Shown: positions 38,601 to 51,636 of the stretch, piece by piece
Position numbering within the stretch: the first letter of the stretch is position 1
Layout: every line of letters begins with the position of its first letter
Assembly: GCF_009914755.1 (NCBI RefSeq)
Contig: NC_060940.1
Direction: 5' to 3' (one strand)
Source: the human T2T-CHM13v2.0 reference genome, Homo sapiens
Length of the DNA stretch: 64,000 nt
Translations under genes and position numbers: made by a program
Notes under the pieces: generated by a model
The model's input: the letters and a program-made list of their open reading frames with translations, nothing else
Told to the model about the DNA's origin: nothing
The model's database searches: none

Positions 38601-41600
38601 ATTCTTTACACAGAGCAGATTTGAGACACTCTTTTGGTGGAATTTGTAAGTGGAGAATTCAGCTGCTTTGAGGTCAACGGTAGAAAAGGAAATATCTTCG
38701 TATAAAAACTAGACAGAATGATTCTCAGAAACTGTTTTGTGATGTGTGCGTTCAACTCACAGAGTTTAACCTTTCTTTTCAAAGAGCAGTTAGGAAACAC
38801 TCTGTTTGTAAAGTCTGCAAGTGGATATTCAGACCTCTTTGAGGCCTTCGTTGGAAACGGGATTTCTTCATATTATGCTAGACAGATGAATTCTCAGTAA
38901 CTTCCTTGTGTTGTGTGTATTCAACTCACAGAGTTGAACGATCCTTTACACAGAGCAGATTTGAAACACTGTTTTTCTGGAATTTGCAAGTGGAGATTTC
39001 AGCTGCTTTGAGGTCAATGGTAGAAAAGGAAATATCTTCGTATAAAAACTAGACAGAATGATTCTCAGAAACTCCTTTGTGATGTGTGCGTTCAACTCAC
39101 AGAGTTTAACCTTTCTTTTCACAGAGCAGTTAGGAAACACTCTGTTTGTGAAGCCTGCCAGTGGATATTCGGACCTCTTTGAGGCCTTCGTTGGAAACGG
39201 GATTTCTTCATATTATGCTAGACAGAAGATTTCTCAGTAACTTCTTTGTGTTGTGTGTATGCAACTCACAGAGTTCAACCTTCCTTTAGACAGAGCAGAT
39301 TTGAAACACTCTTTTTGTGGAATTTGCAAGTGGAGATTTCAAGCGCTTTGAGGCCAAAAGCAGAAAAGGAAATATTTTCCTATAAAAACTAGACAGAATC
39401 TTTCTCAGAAACTGCTCTGTGATGTGTGCGTTCAACTCACAGAGTTTAAATTTTCTTTTCATTCAGCAGTTTGGAAACACTCTGTTTGTAAAGTCTGCAA
39501 GTGGATATCTTGGCCTCTTAGAGGCCTTCGTTGGAAACGGGTTTTTTCATGTAAGGATAGACAGAGGAATTCCCAGTAACTTCCTTGTGTTGTGTGCATT
39601 CAACTCACAGAGTTGAATGATTCTTTTCACAGAGCAGATTTGAGACACTCTTTTGGTGGAATTTGTAAGTGGAGAATTCAGCCGCTTTGAGGTCAACGGT
39701 AGAAAAGGAAATATCTTCGTATAAAAACTAGACAGAATGATTCTCAGAAACTGTTTTGTGATGTGTGCGTTCAACTCACAGAGTTTAACCTTTCTTTTCA
39801 AAGAGCAGTTAGGAAACACTCTGTTTGTAAAGTCTGCAAGTGGATATTCAGACCTCTTTGAGGCCTTCGTTGGAAACGGGATTTCTTCATATTATGCTAG
39901 ACAGATGAATTCTCAGTAACTTCCTTGTGTTGTGTGTATTCAACTCACAGAGTTAAACGATCCTTTACACAGAGCAGATTTGAAACACTGTTTTTCTGGA
40001 ATTTGCAAGTGGAGATTTCAGCCGCTTTGAGGTCAATGGTAGAAAAGGAAATATCTTCGTATAAAAACTAGACAGAATGATTCTCAGAAACTCCTTTGTG
40101 ATGTGTGCGTTCAACTCACAGAGTTTAACCTTTCTTTTCACAGAGCAGTTAGGAAACACTCTGTTTGTGAAGCCTGCCAGTGGATATTCGGACCTCTTTG
40201 AGGCCTTCGTTGGAAACGGGATTTCTTCATATTATGCTAGACAGAAGATTTCTCAGTAACTTCTTTGTGTTGTGTGTATGCAACTCACAGAGTTCAACCT
40301 TCCTTTAGACAGAGCAGATTTGAAACACTCTTTTTGTGGAATTTGCAAGTGGAGATTTCAAGCGCTTCGATGCCAATGGTAGAAAAGGAAATATCTTCGT
40401 AGAAAAACAAGACAAACTCGTTCCCAGACACTGCGTAGTGATGTGTGTGTTTAACTCACAGAGTTTAACCTTTCTTTTCATACAGCATTCTGGAAACCCT
40501 CTGTTTGTAAAGTCTGCAAGTGGATATTTGGACCTCTTAGATGCCTTCGTTGGAAACGGGATTTCTTCATATAATGCTAGAGGGAAGAATTCTTAGTAAC
40601 TTCTTTGTGTTGTGTGTATTCAACTGACAGAGTTGAACCTTCCTTTAGACAGAGCAGATTTGAAAGTCTCTTTTTGTGGAATTTGCAAGTGGAGATTTCA
40701 AGCGCTTTGAGGCCAAAAGCAGAAAAGGAAATATTTTCCTATAAAAACTAGACAGAATCTTTCTCAGAAACTGCTCTGTGATGTGTGCGTTCAACTCACA
40801 GAGTTTAACTTTTCTTTTCATTCAGCAGTTTGGAAACACTCTGTTTGGAAAGTCTGCACGTGGATATTTTGACCTCTTTGAGGCCTTCGTTGGAAACGGG
40901 TTTTTTTCATGTAACGCTAGACAGAAGAAATCTCAGTAACTTCCTTGTGTTGTGTGTATTCAACTGACAGAGTTGAACCTTCCTTTAGACAGAGCAGATT
41001 CGAAACACTCTTTTTCTGCAATTTGCAAGTGGAGACTTCAAGCGCTTTGAGGCCAAAGGCAGAAAAGGAAATATCTTCGTATAAAAACCCGACAGAATCA
41101 TTCTCAGAAACTGCTCTGTGATGTGTGCGTTCAACTCACAGAGTTTAACTTTTCTTTTCATTCAGCAGTTTGGAAACACTCTGTTTGTAAAGTCTGCAAG
41201 TGGATATCTTGGCCTCTTAGAGGCCTTCGTTGGAAACGGGTTTTTTCATGTAAGGTTAGACAGAGGAATTCCCAGTAACTTCCTTGTGTTGTGTGCATTC
41301 AACTCACAGAGTTGAATGATTCTTTACACAGAGCAGATTTGAGACACTCTTTTGGTGGAATTTGTAAGTGGAGAATTCAGCTGCTTTGAGGTCAACGGTA
41401 GAAAAGGAAATATCTTCGTATAAAAACTAGACAGAATGATTCTCAGAAACTGTTTTGTGATGTGTGCGTTCAACTCACAGAGTTTAACCTTTCTTTTCAA
41501 AGAGCAGTTAGGAAACACTCTGTTTGTAAAGTCTGCAAGTGGATATTCAGACCTCTTTGAGGCCTTCGTTGGAAACGGGATTTCTTCATATTATGCTAGA

Positions 41601-43824
41601 CAGATGAATTCTCAGTAACTTCCTTGTGTTGTGTGTATTCAACTCACAGAGTTGAACGATCCTTTACACAGAGCAGATTTGAAACACTGTTTTTCTGGAA
41701 TTTGCAAGTGGAGATTTCAGCTGCTTTGAGGTCAATGGTAGAAAAGGAAATATCTTCGTATAAAAACTAGACAGAATGATTCTCAGAAACTCCTTTGTGA
41801 TGTGTGCGTTCAACTCACAGAGTTTAACCTTTCTTTTCACAGAGCAGTTAGGAAACACTCTGTTTGTGAAGCCTGCCAGTGGATATTCGGACCTCTTTGA
41901 GGCCTTCGTTGGAAACGGGATTTCTTCATATTATGCTAGACAGAAGATTTCTCAGTAACTTCTTTGTGTTGTGTGTATGCAACTCACAGAGTTCAACCTT
42001 CCTTTAGACAGAGCAGATTTGAAACACTCTTTTTGTGGAATTTGCAAGTGGAGATTTCAAGCGCTTTGAGGCCAAAAGCAGAAAAGGAAATATTTTCCTA
42101 TAAAAACTAGACAGAATCTTTCTCAGAAACTGCTCTGTGATGTGTGCGTTCAACTCACAGAGTTTAACTTTTCTTTTCATTCAGCAGTTTGGAAACACTC
42201 TGTTTGTAAAGTCTGCAAGTGGATATCTTGGCCTCTTAGAGGCCTTCGTTGGAAACGGGTTTTTTCATGTAAGGATAGACAGAGGAATTCCCAGTAACTT
42301 CCTTGTGTTGTGTGCATTCAACTCACAGAGTTGAATGATTCTTTTCACAGAGCAGATTTGAGACACTCTTTTGGTGGAATTTGTAAGTGGAGAATTCAGC
42401 CGCTTTGGGGTCAACGGTAGAAAAGGAAATATCTTCGTATAAAAACTAGACAGAATGATTCTCAGAAACTGTTTTGTGATGTGTGCGTTCAACTCACAGA
42501 GTTTAACCTTTCTTTTCAAAGAGCAGTTAGGAAACACTCTGTTTGTAAAGTCTGCAAGTGGATATTCAGACCTCTTTGAGGCCTTCGTTGGAAACGGGAT
42601 TTCTTCATATTATGCTAGACAGATGAATTCTCAGTAACTTCCTTGTGTTATGTGTATTCAACTCACAGAGTTAAACGATCCTTTACACAGAGCAGATTTG
42701 AAACACTGTTTTTCTGGAATTTGCAAGTGGAGATTTCAGCTGCTTTGAGGTCAATGGTAGAAAAGGAAATATCTTCGTATAAAAACTAGACAGAATGATT
42801 CTCAGAAACTCCTTTGTGATGTGTGCGTTCAACTCACAGAGTTTAACCTTTCTTTTCACAGAGCAGTTAGGAAACACTCTGTTTGTGAAGCCTGCCAGTG
42901 GATATTCGGACCTCTTTGAGGCCTTCGTTGGAAACGGGATTTCTTCATATTATGCTAGACAGAAGATTTCTCAGTAACTTCTTTGTGTTGTGTGTATGCA
43001 ACTCACAGAGTTCAACCTTCCTTTAGACAGAGCAGATTTGAAACACTCTTTTTGTGGAATTTGCAAGTGGAGATTTCAAGCGCTTCGATGCCAATTGTAG
43101 AAAAGGAAATATCTTCGTATAAAAACAAGACAAACTCGTTCCCAGACACTGCGTAGTGATGTGTGTGTTTAACTCACAGAGTTTCACCTTTCTTTTCATA
43201 CAGCATTCTGGAAACCCTCTGTTTGTAAAGTCTGCAAGTGGATATTTGGACCTCTTAGATGCCTTCGTTGGAAACGGGATTTCTTCATATAATGCTAGAG
43301 GGAAGAATTCTTAGTAACTTCTTTGTGTTGTGTGTATTCAACTGACAGAGTTGAACCTTCCTTTAGACAGAGCAGATTTGAAAGTCTCTTTTTGTGGAAT
43401 TTGCAAGTGGAGATTTCAAGCGCTTTGAGGCCAAAAGCAGAAAAGGAAATATTTTCCTATAAAAACTAGACAGAATCTTTCTCAGAAACTGCTCTGTGAT
43501 GTGTGCGTTCAACTCACAGAGTTTAACTTTTCTTTTCATTCAGCAGTTTGGAAACACTCTGTTTGGAAAGTCTGCACGTGGATATTTTGACCTCTTTGAG
43601 GCCTTCGTTGGAAACGGGTTTTTTTCATGTAACGCTAGACAGAAGAAATCTCAGTAACTTCCTTGTGTTGTGTGTATTCAACTGACAGAGTTGAACCTTC
43701 CTTTAGACAGAGCAGATTCGAAACACTCTTTTTCTGCAATTTGCAAGTGGAGACTTCAAGCGCTTTGAGGCCAAAGGCAGAAAAGGAAATATCTTCGTAT
43801 AAAAACCCGACAGAATCATTCTCA
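35671..43824 (+). repeat. Three copies of a 2718-bp (6-mer + 10-mer; 16-monomer) super-repeat
   Basis: Starts 35682, 36701, 38400, 39419, 41118, 42137, 43836. A shared SNP produces 90-aa ORFs at 36829, 39547, 42265. Confidence 0.92.
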
Positions 43825-46800
43825 GAAACTGCTCTGTGATGTGTGCGTTCAACTCACAGAGTTTAACTTTTCTTTTCATTCAGCAGTTTGGAAACACTCT
43901 GTTTGTAAAGTCTGCAAGTGGATATCTTGGCCTCTTAGAGGCCTTCGTTGGAAACGGGTTTTTTCATGTAAGGTTAGACAGAGGAATTCCCAGTAACTTC
44001 CTTGTGTTGTGTGCATTCAACTCACAGAGTTGAATGATTCTTTACACAGAGCAGATTTGAGACACTCTTTTGGTGGAATTTGTAAGTGGAGAATTCAGCT
44101 GCTTTGAGGTCAACGGTAGAAAAGGAAATATCTTCGTATAAAAACTAGACAGAATGATTCTCAGAAACTGTTTTGTGATGTGTGCGTTCAACTCACAGAG
44201 TTTAACCTTTCTTTTCAAAGAGCAGTTAGGAAACACTCTGTTTGTAAAGTCTGCAAGTGGATATTCAGACCTCTTTGAGGCCTTCGTTGGAAACGGGATT
44301 TCTTCATATTATGCTAGACAGATGAATTCTCAGTAACTTCCTTGTGTTGTGTGTATTCAACTCACAGAGTTGAACGATCCTTTACACAGAGCAGATTTGA
44401 AACACTGTTTTTCTGGAATTTGCAAGTGGAGATTTCAGCTGCTTTGAGGTCAATGGTAGAAAAGGAAATATCTTCGTATAAAAACTAGACAGAATGATTC
44501 TCAGAAACTCCTTTGTGATGTGTGCGTTCAACTCACAGAGTTTAACCTTTCTTTTCACAGAGCAGTTAGGAAACACTCTGTTTGTGAAGCCTGCCAGTGG
44601 ATATTCGGACCTCTTTGAGGCCTTCGTTGGAAACGGGATTTCTTCATATTATGCTAGACAGAAGATTTCTCAGTAACTTCTTTGTGTTGTGTGTATGCAA
44701 CTCACAGAGTTCAACCTTCCTTTAGACAGAGCAGATTTGAAACACTCTTTTTGTGGAATTTGCAAGTGGAGATTTCAAGCGCTTCGATGCCAATGGTAGA
44801 AAAGGAAATATCTTCGTATAAAAACAAGACAAACTCGTTCCCAGACACTGCGTAGTGATGTGTGTGTTTAACTCACAGAGTTTAACCTTTCTTTTCATAC
44901 AGCATTCTGGAAACCCTCTGTTTGTAAAGTCTGCAAGTGGATATTTGGACCTCTTAGATGCCTTCGTTGGAAACGGGATTTCTTCATATAATGCTAGAGG
45001 GAAGAATTCTTAGTAACTTCTTTGTGTTGTGTGTATTCAACTGACAGAGTTGAACCTTCCTTTAGACAGAGCAGATTTGAAAGTCTCTTTTTGTGGAATT
45101 TGCAAGTGGAGATTTCAAGCGCTTTGAGGCCAAAAGCAGAAAAGGAAATATTTTCCTATAAAAACTAGACAGAATCATTCTCAGAAACTGCTCTGTGATG
45201 TGTGTGTTCAACTCACAGAGTTTAACTTTCTTTTCATTCAGCAGTTTGGAAACACTCTGTTTGGAAAGTCTGCACGTGGATATTTTGACCTCTTTGAGGC
45301 CTTCGTTGGAAACGGGTTTTTTTCATGTAAGGCTAGACAGAAGAAATCTCAGTAACTTCCTTGTGTTGTGTGTATTCAACTGACAGAGTTGAACCTTCCT
45401 TTAGACAGAGCAGATTCGAAACACTCTTTTTCTGCAATTTGCAAGTGGAGACTTCAAGCGCTTTGAGGCCAAAGGCAGAAAAGGAAATATCTTCGTATAA
45501 AAACCCGACAGAATCATTCTCAGAAACTGCTCTGTGATGTGTGCGTTCAACTCACAGAGTTTAACTTTTCTTTTCATTCAGCAGTTTGGAAACACTCTGT
45601 TTGTAAAGTCTGCAAGTGGATATCTTGGCCTCTTAGAGGCCTTCGTTGGAAACGGGTTTTTTCATGTAAGGTTAGACAGAGGAATTCCCAGTAACTTCCT
45701 TGTGTTGTGTGCATTCAACTCACAGAGTTGAATGATTCTTTACACAGAGCAGATTTGAGACACTCTTTTGGTGGAATTTGTAAGTGGAGAATTCAGCCGC
45801 TTTGAGGTCAACGGTAGAAAAGGAAATATCTTCGTATAAAAACTAGACAGAATGATTCTCAGAAACTGTTTTGTGATGTGTGCGTTCAACTCACAGAGTT
45901 TAACCTTTCTTTTCAAAGAGCAGTTAGGAAACACTCTGTTTGTAAAGTCTGCAAGTGGATATTCAGACCTCTTTGAGGCCTTCGTTGGAAACGGGATTTC
46001 TTCATATTATGCTAGACAGATGAATTCTCAGTAACTTCCTTGTGTTGTGTGTATTCAACTCACAGAGTTAAACGATCCTTTACACAGAGCAGATTTGAAA
46101 CACTGTTTTTCTGGAATTTGCAAGTGGAGATTTCAGCCGCTTTGAGGTCAATGGTAGAAAAGGAAATATCTTCGTATAAAAACTAGACAGAATGATTCTC
46201 AGAAACTCCTTTGTGATGTGTGCGTTCAACTCACAGAGTTTAACCTTTCTTTTCACAGAGCAGTTAGGAAACACTCTGTTTGTGAAGCCTGCCAGTGGAT
46301 ATTCGGACCTCTTTGAGGCCTTCGTTGGAAACGGGATTTCTTCATATTATGCTAGACAGAAGATTTCTCAGTAACTTCTTTGTGTTGTGTGTATGCAACT
46401 CACAGAGTTCAACCTTCCTTTAGACAGAGCAGATTTGAAACACTCTTTTTGTGGAATTTGCAAGTGGAGATTTCAAGCGCTTCGATGCCAAAGGTAGAAA
46501 AGGAAATATCTTCGTATAAAAACAAGACAAACTCGTTCCCAGACACTGCGTAGTGATGTGTGTGTTTAACTCACAGAGTTTCACCTTTCTTTTCATACAG
46601 CATTCTGGAAACCCTCTGTTTGTAAAGTCTGCAAGTGGATATTTGGACCTCTTAGATGCCTTCGTTGGAAACGGGATTTCTTCATATAATGCTAGAGGGA
46701 AGAATTCTTAGTAACTTCTTTGTGTTGTGTGTATTCAACTGACAGAGTTGAAGCTTCCTTTAGACAGAGCAGATTTGAAAGTCTCTTTTTGTGGAATTTG

Positions 46801-47221
46801 CAAGTGGAGATTTCAAGCGCTTTGAGGCCAAAAGCAGAAAAGGAAATATTTTCCTATAAAAACTAGACAGAATCTTTCTCAGAAACTGCTCTGGGATGTG
46901 TGCGTTCAACTCACAGAGTTTAACTTTTCTTTTCATTCAGCAGTTTGGAAACACTCTGTTTGGAAAGTCTGCACGTGGATATTTTGACCTCTTTGAGGCC
47001 TTCGTTGGAAACGGGTTTTTTTCATGTAACGCTAGACAGAAGAAATCTCAGTAACTTCCTTGTGTTGTGTGTATTCAACTGACAGAGTTGAACCTTCCTT
47101 TAGACAGAGCAGATTCGAAACACTCTTTTTCTGCAATTTGCAAGTGGAGACTTCAAGCGCTTTGAGGCCAAAGGCAGAAAAGGAAATATCTTCGTATAAA
47201 AACCCGACAGAATCATTCTCA

Positions 47222-48239
47222 GAAACTGCTCTGTGATGTGTGCGTTCAACTCACAGAGTTTAACTTTTCTTTTCATTCAGCAGTTAGGAAACACTCTGTC
47301 TGTAAAGTCTGCAAGTGGATATCTTGGCCTCTTAGAGGCCTTCGTTGGAAACGGGTTTTTTCATGTAAGGTTAGACAGAGGAATTCCCAGTAACTTCCTT
47401 GTGTTGTGTGCATTCAACTCACAGAGTTGAATGATTCTTTACACAGAGCAGATTTGAGACACTCTTTTGGTGGAATTTGTAAGTGGAGAATTCAGCTGCT
47501 TTGAGGTAAACGGTAGAAAAGGAAATATCTTCGTATAAAAACTAGACAGAATGATTCTCAGAAACTGTTTTGTGATGTGTGCGTTCAACTCACAGAGTTT
47601 AACCTTTCTTTTCAAAGAGCAGTTAGGAAACACTCTGTTTGTAAAGTCTGCAAGTGGATATTCAGACCTCTTTGAGGCCTTCGTTGGAAACGGGATTTCT
47701 TCATATTATGCTAGACAGATGAATTCTCAGTAACTTCCTTGGTTGTGTGCATTCAACTCACAGAGTTGAACGATCCTTTACACAGAGCAGATTTGAAACA
47801 CTGTTTTTCTGGAATTTGCAAGTGGAGATTTCAGCTGCTTTGAGGTCAATGGTAGAAAAGGAAATATCTTCGTATAAAAACTAGACAGAATGATTCTCAG
47901 AAACTCCTTTGTGATGTGTGCGTTCAACTCACAGAGTTTAAACTTTCTTTTCACAGAGCAGTTAGGAAACACTCTGTTTGTGAAGCCTGCCAGTGGATAT
48001 TCGGACCTCTTTGAGGCCTTCGTTGGAAACGGGATTTCTTCATATTATGCTAGACAGAAGATTTTTCAGTAACTTCTTTGTGTTGTGTGTATACAACTCA
48101 CAGAGTTCAACCTTCCTTTAGACAGAGCAGATTTGAAACACTCTTTTTGTGGAATTTGCAAGTGGAGATTTCAAGCGCTTTGAGGCCAAAAGCAGAAAAG
48201 GAAATATTTTCCTATAAAAACTAGACAGAATCTTTCTCA
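47222..48239 (+). repeat. 6-mer HOR variant (1018 bp, 1-bp deletion)
   Basis: Spacing 47233 to 48251; 'cttccttggttgtg' at ~47740 is one base shorter than the consensus. Confidence 0.9.
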
Positions 48240-51200
48240 GAAACTGCTCTGTGATGTGTGCGTTCAACTCACAGAGTTTAACTTTTCTTTTCATTCAGCA
48301 GTTTTAAACACTCTGTTTGTAAAGTCTGCAAGTGGATATCTTGGCCTCTTAGAGGCCTTCGTTGGAAAAGGGTTTTTTCATGTAAGGATAGACAGAGGAA
48401 CTCCCAGTAACTTCCTAGTGTTGTGTGCATTCAACTCACAGAGTTGAATGATTCTTTACACAGAGCAGATTTGAGACACTCTTTTGGTGGAATTTGTAAG
48501 TGGAGAATTCAGCCGCTTTGAGGTCAACGGTAGAAAAGGAAATATCTTCGTATAAAAACTAGACAGAATGATTCTCAGAAACTGTTTTGTGATGTGTGCG
48601 TTCAACTCACAGAGTTTAACCTTTCTTTTCAAAGAGCAGTTAGGAAACACACTGTTTGTAAAGTCTGCAAGTGGATATTCAGACCTCTTTGAGGCCTTCG
48701 TTGGAAACGGGATTTCATCATATTATGCTAGACAGATGAATTCTCAGTAACTTCCTTGTGTTGTGTGTATTCAACTCACAGAGTTAAACGATCCTTTACA
48801 CAGAGCAGATTTGAAACACTGTTTTTCTGGAATTTGCAAGTGGAGATTTCAGCCGCTTTGAGGTCAATGGTAGAAAAGGAAATATCTTCGTATAAAAACT
48901 AGACAGAATGATTCTCAGAAACTCCTTTGTGATGTGTGCGTTCAACTCACAGAGTTTAACCTTTCTTTTCACAGAGCAGTTAGGAAACACTCTGTTTGTG
49001 AAGCCTGCCAGTGGATATTCGGACCTCTTTGAGGCCTTCGTTGGAAACGGGATTTCTTCATATTATGCTAGACAGAAGATTTCTCAGTAACTTCTTTGTG
49101 TTGTGTGTATGCAACTCACAGAGTTCAACCTTCCTTTAGACAGAGCAGATTTGAAACACTCTTTTTGTGGAATTTGCAAGTGGAGATTTCAAGCGCTTCG
49201 ATGCCAATGGTAGAAAAGGAAATATCTTCGTATAAAAACAAGACAAACTCGTTCCCAGACACTGCGTAGTGATGTGTGTGTTTAACTCACAGAGTTTAAC
49301 CTTTCTTTTCATACAGCATTCTGGAAACCCTCTGTTTGTAAAGTCTGCAAGTGGATATTTGGACCTCTTAGATGCCTTCGTTGGAAACGGGATTTCTTCA
49401 TATAATGCTAGAGGGAAGAATTCTTAGTAACTTCTTTGTGTTGTGTGTATTCAACTGACAGAGTTGAACCTTCCTTTAGACAGAGCAGATTTGAAAGTCT
49501 CTTTTTGTGGAATTTGCAAGTGGAGATTTCAAGCGCTTTGAGGCCAAAAGCAGAAAAGGAAATATTTTCCTATAAAAACTAGACAGAATCTTTCTCAGAA
49601 ACTGCTCTGTGATGTGTGCGTTCAACTCACAGAGTTTAACTTTTCTTTTCATTCAGCAGTTTGGAAACACTCTGTTTGGAAAGTCTGCACGTGGATATTT
49701 TGACCTCTTTGAGGCCTACGTTGGAAACGGGTTTTTCTCTTGTAAGGCTAGACAGAAGAAATCTCAGTAACTTCCTTGTGTTGTGTGTATTCAACTGACA
49801 GAGTTGAACCTTCTTTTAGAGAGAGCAGATTCGAAACACTCTTTTTCTGCAATTTGCAAGTGGAGACTTCAAGCGCTTTGAGGCCAAAGGCAGAAAAGGA
49901 AATATCTTCGTATAAAAACCCGACAGAATCATTCTCAGAAACTGCTCTGTGATGTGTGCGTTCAACTCACAGAGTTTAACTTTTCTTTTCATTCAGCAGT
50001 TTGGAAACACTCTGTTTGTAAAGTCTGCAAGTGGATATCTTGGCCTCTTAGAGGCCTTCGTTGGAAACGGGTTTTTTCATGTAAGGTTAGACAGAGGAAT
50101 TCCCAGTAACTTCCTTGTGTTGTGTGCATTCAACTCACAGAGTTGAATGATTCTTTACACAGAGCAGATTTGAGACACTCTTTTGGTGGAATTTGTTAGT
50201 GGAGAATTCAGCCGCTTTGAGGTCAACGGTAGAAAAGGAAATATCTTCGTATAAAAACTAGACAGAATGATTCTCAGAAACTGTTTTGTGATGTGTGCGT
50301 TCAACTCACAGAGTTTAACCTTTCTTTTCAAAGAGCAGTTAGGAAACACTCTGTTTGTAAAGTCTGCAAGTGGATATTCAGACCTCTTTGAGGCCTTCGT
50401 TGGAAACGGGATTTCTTCATATTATGCTAGACAGATGAATTCTCAGTAACTTCCTTGTGTTGTGTGTATTCAACTCACAGAGTTGAACGATCCTTTACAC
50501 AGAGCAGATTTGAAACACTGTTTTTCTGGAATTTGCAAGTGGAGATTTCAGCCGCTTTGAGGTCAATGGTAGAAAAAGAAATATCTTCGTATAAAAACTA
50601 GACAGAATGATTCTCAGAAACTCCTTTGTGATGTGTGCGTTCAACTCACAGAGTTTAACCTTTCTTTTCACAGAGCAGTTAGGAAACACTCTGTTTGTGA
50701 AGCCTGCCAGTGGATATTCGGACCTCTTTGAGGCCTTCGTTGGAAACGGGATTTCTTCATATTATGCTAGACAGAAGATTTCTCAGTAACTTCTTTGTGT
50801 TGTGTGTATGCAACTCACAGAGTTCAACCTTCCTTTAGACAGAGCAGATTTGAAACACTCTTTTTGTGGAATTTGCAAGTGGAGATTTCAAGCGCTTCGA
50901 TGCCAATGGTAGAAAAGGAAATATCTTCGTATAAAAACAAGACAAACTCGTTCCCAGACACTGCGTAGTGATGTGTGTGTTTAACTCACAGAGTTTCACC
51001 TTTCTTTTCATACAGCATTCTGGAAACCCTCTGTTTGTAAAGTCTGCAAGTGGATATTTGGACCTCTTAGATGCCTTCGTTGGAAACGGGATTTCTTCAT
51101 ATAATGCTAGAGGGAAGAATTCTTAGTAACTTCTTTGTGTTGTGTGTATTCAACTGACAGAGTTGAACCTTCCTTTAGACAGAGCAGATTTGAAAGTCTC

Positions 51201-51636
51201 TTTTTGTGGAATTTGCAAGTGGAGATTTCAAGCGCTTTGAGGCCAAAAGCAGAAAAGGAAATATTTTCCTATAAAAACTAGACAGAATCTTTCTCAGAAA
51301 CTGCTCTGGGATGTGTGCGTTCAACTCACAGAGTTTAACTTTTCTTTTCATTCAGCAGTTTGGAAACACTCTGTTTGGAAAGTCTGCACGTGGATATTTT
51401 GACCTCTTTGAGGCCTTCGTTGGAAACGGGTTTTTTTCATGTAAGGCTAGACAGAAGAAATCTCAGTAACTTCCTTGTGTTGTGTGTATTCAACTGACAG
51501 AGTTGAACCTTCTTTTAGACAGAGCAGATTCGAAACACTCTTTTTCTGCAATTTGCAAGTGGAGACTTCAAGCGCTTTGAGGCCAAAGGCAGAAAAGGAA
51601 ATATCTTCGTATAAAAACCCGACAGAATCATTCTCA

